This document shows, one piece after another, positions 62,803 to 64,000 of a stretch of DNA of 64,000 nucleotides. The stretch spans positions 416,001 to 480,000 of the forward strand of contig CAVTRY010000023.1 of the NCBI GenBank assembly GCA_963737265.1, given 5' to 3'. The translations under genes were made by a program, and so were the position numbers. The stretch is from an uncultured delta proteobacterium. GTDB taxonomy: Bacteria; Myxococcota_A; Polyangia; Fen-1088. Numbering within the stretch: the stretch's first letter is position 1; each line of letters starts with the position of its first letter. The notes under the pieces were generated by a model. It was not told the origin of the DNA, made no database searches, and saw only the letters and a list, made by a program, of their open reading frames with translations.

Positions 62803-63864
62803 TTACAAAATGAGATCCTTGATGAAGTGCGGGCAGGGCGGCGCCGAAAAGCGCTGGTAACCCCCGCGCAAGAATTCACTGACCGCCCACAGCACGCGCT
62901 GCCAGCGCGACCGGCTTTCGGCGATGGCGAGCCTGCGCCGTTGATGCTCGACCTTGCGATCCATCATGGCGAGAAACCTTCGATCGCGCACCCGAGACGC
63001 GAATACGTGCAAACGCTCTCGCGCCAGGACGAAGCGCTCGTATGCCAACCGGAAATATGGCGGGCCCATCGCACGCGCCAGGTCATAGCGTTCCTTCCAA
63101 CCCAGCTTCTTTCCGCCAATTTGCTGAGCCGCGTGCTGTCGGTATTTCATCGTTGAGCATTCCACGCTGCCCACTCGAGCCATGGCGCCGATGACGAAGG
63201 CAATCCACCCGTCGTGAACCCAATTGTCGGGGATGGGCAAAATGCAGGGCCGGTAATCGACCCTGAACATCATGGTGGCCCCGGTGACGACCCACTGCCG
63301 CAAGAGAACCTCGAAGCCACGCCCCTTACGCACGCGCCGCCGCGCCAGACGGCCGAAGTGGACGGCGTCCCACATGCGGTGGCCGCTCGAACGCAAGTCA
63401 TCGTCGACCACATCGGCGTCGCTGAAGACCAACCCACAACCGTCATCGTCTGCCAGTGCCGCTTGGCTAAGCGCGAGCTTCTCTGGCAGCCACACGTCGT
63501 CCTGGTCGCTCGTTGCGATCAGATCCCCCGTGCAAAGCCCAATGGCCTTCTCGAAGTTCTTGGTCGATCCCAGTCGGGTTTCGTTGCGGAAGATGCGCAC
63601 GGGAAAGGGCGCGCGGTTCTTGAAGCGTTCAAGGATCGTCACCGTATCGTCCGTGGACCCGTCGTCGCAAACCACCAATTCGTCGGGAAGTCGCGTCTGA
63701 GTCGCGAAGCTGTCGAGCTGCGGATCGAGAAATCGCGCGCCGTTGTAAGTGCACAACGCCACCGAGACGCGTGCCGGGGTAGCCGTCACGGCATGGGCCC
63801 GCGCCGGATCGTCCGAGTTAGATAGCAGCATCGTCATCGCTTGAATCCGTTGGAGAAGATACAC
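62803..63864 (-). CDS. Glycosyltransferase family 2
   Basis: VSVALCTYNG, VCDDGSTD, SDQDDVW, VTGATM, HDGWI, YRQH; start uncertain. Confidence 0.9.
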   Translation of the reverse strand: MYLLQRIQAMTMLLSNSDDPARAHAVTATPARVSVALCTYNGARFLDPQLDSFATQTRLPDELVVCDDGSTDDTVTILERFKNRAPFPVRIFRNETRLGSTKNFEKAIGLCTGDLIATSDQDDVWLPEKLALSQAALADDDGCGLVFSDADVVDDDLRSSGHRMWDAVHFGRLARRRVRKGRGFEVLLRQWVVTGATMMFRVDYRPCILPIPDNWVHDGWIAFVIGAMARVGSVECSTMKYRQHAAQQIGGKKLGWKERYDLARAMGPPYFRLAYERFVLARERLHVFASRVRDRRFLAMMDRKVEHQRRRLAIAESRSRWQRVLWAVSEFLRGGYQRFSAPPCPHFIKDLIL

Positions 63865-64000
63865 CCAAGCCGCATCGGCGGACTAGCTGCCGGACAAACT
63901 CGCGACCAACCGCCAAATTGGCGTGACGAACACCACCCGCCCATCCCTTCGAAGAAAGGGCACGTAGAACCCTCCTGATGACTCCCGATGACTCCGATGA

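Noticed and set aside
63972-64000. Short tandem repeat CTCC(C)GATGA at the window edge
   Set aside because: Only about three degenerate units and truncated by the window end; cannot be interpreted

Overview
GC-rich window that looks myxobacterial (Myxococcota/Polyangia-like, inferred from Hanks Ser/Thr kinases with PEGA domains, Cys-rich/fibro-slime lipoproteins and the futalosine pathway). Housekeeping and metabolic genes include bcp, a DksA/TraR protein, cysJ-cysI, thiC, mqnE, an MqnA-like/MqnC fusion, PIN-PhoH, dinB and a beta-carbonic anhydrase. There are also many envelope genes and a DtxR/MntR-FeoA, feoB, MnoP-like porin metal-uptake operon with a visible sigma70 promoter and operator palindrome. 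The main observation is a ~570-580 bp cassette present twice (37860-38439 and 60702-61270). It has 23-bp terminal inverted repeats, a 9-bp target-site duplication, a second nested 24-bp inverted repeat and a GxxExxY (PD-(D/E)XK-like) gene as its only cargo, with no transposase. Also notable is a mirror-symmetric divergent locus, kinase -> TPR outer-membrane protein -> Cys-rich lipoprotein, on both arms. Several single-base frameshifts may be sequencing errors. No rRNA, tRNA or CRISPR array was seen. All calls come from motif reading by eye; no database searches were run.
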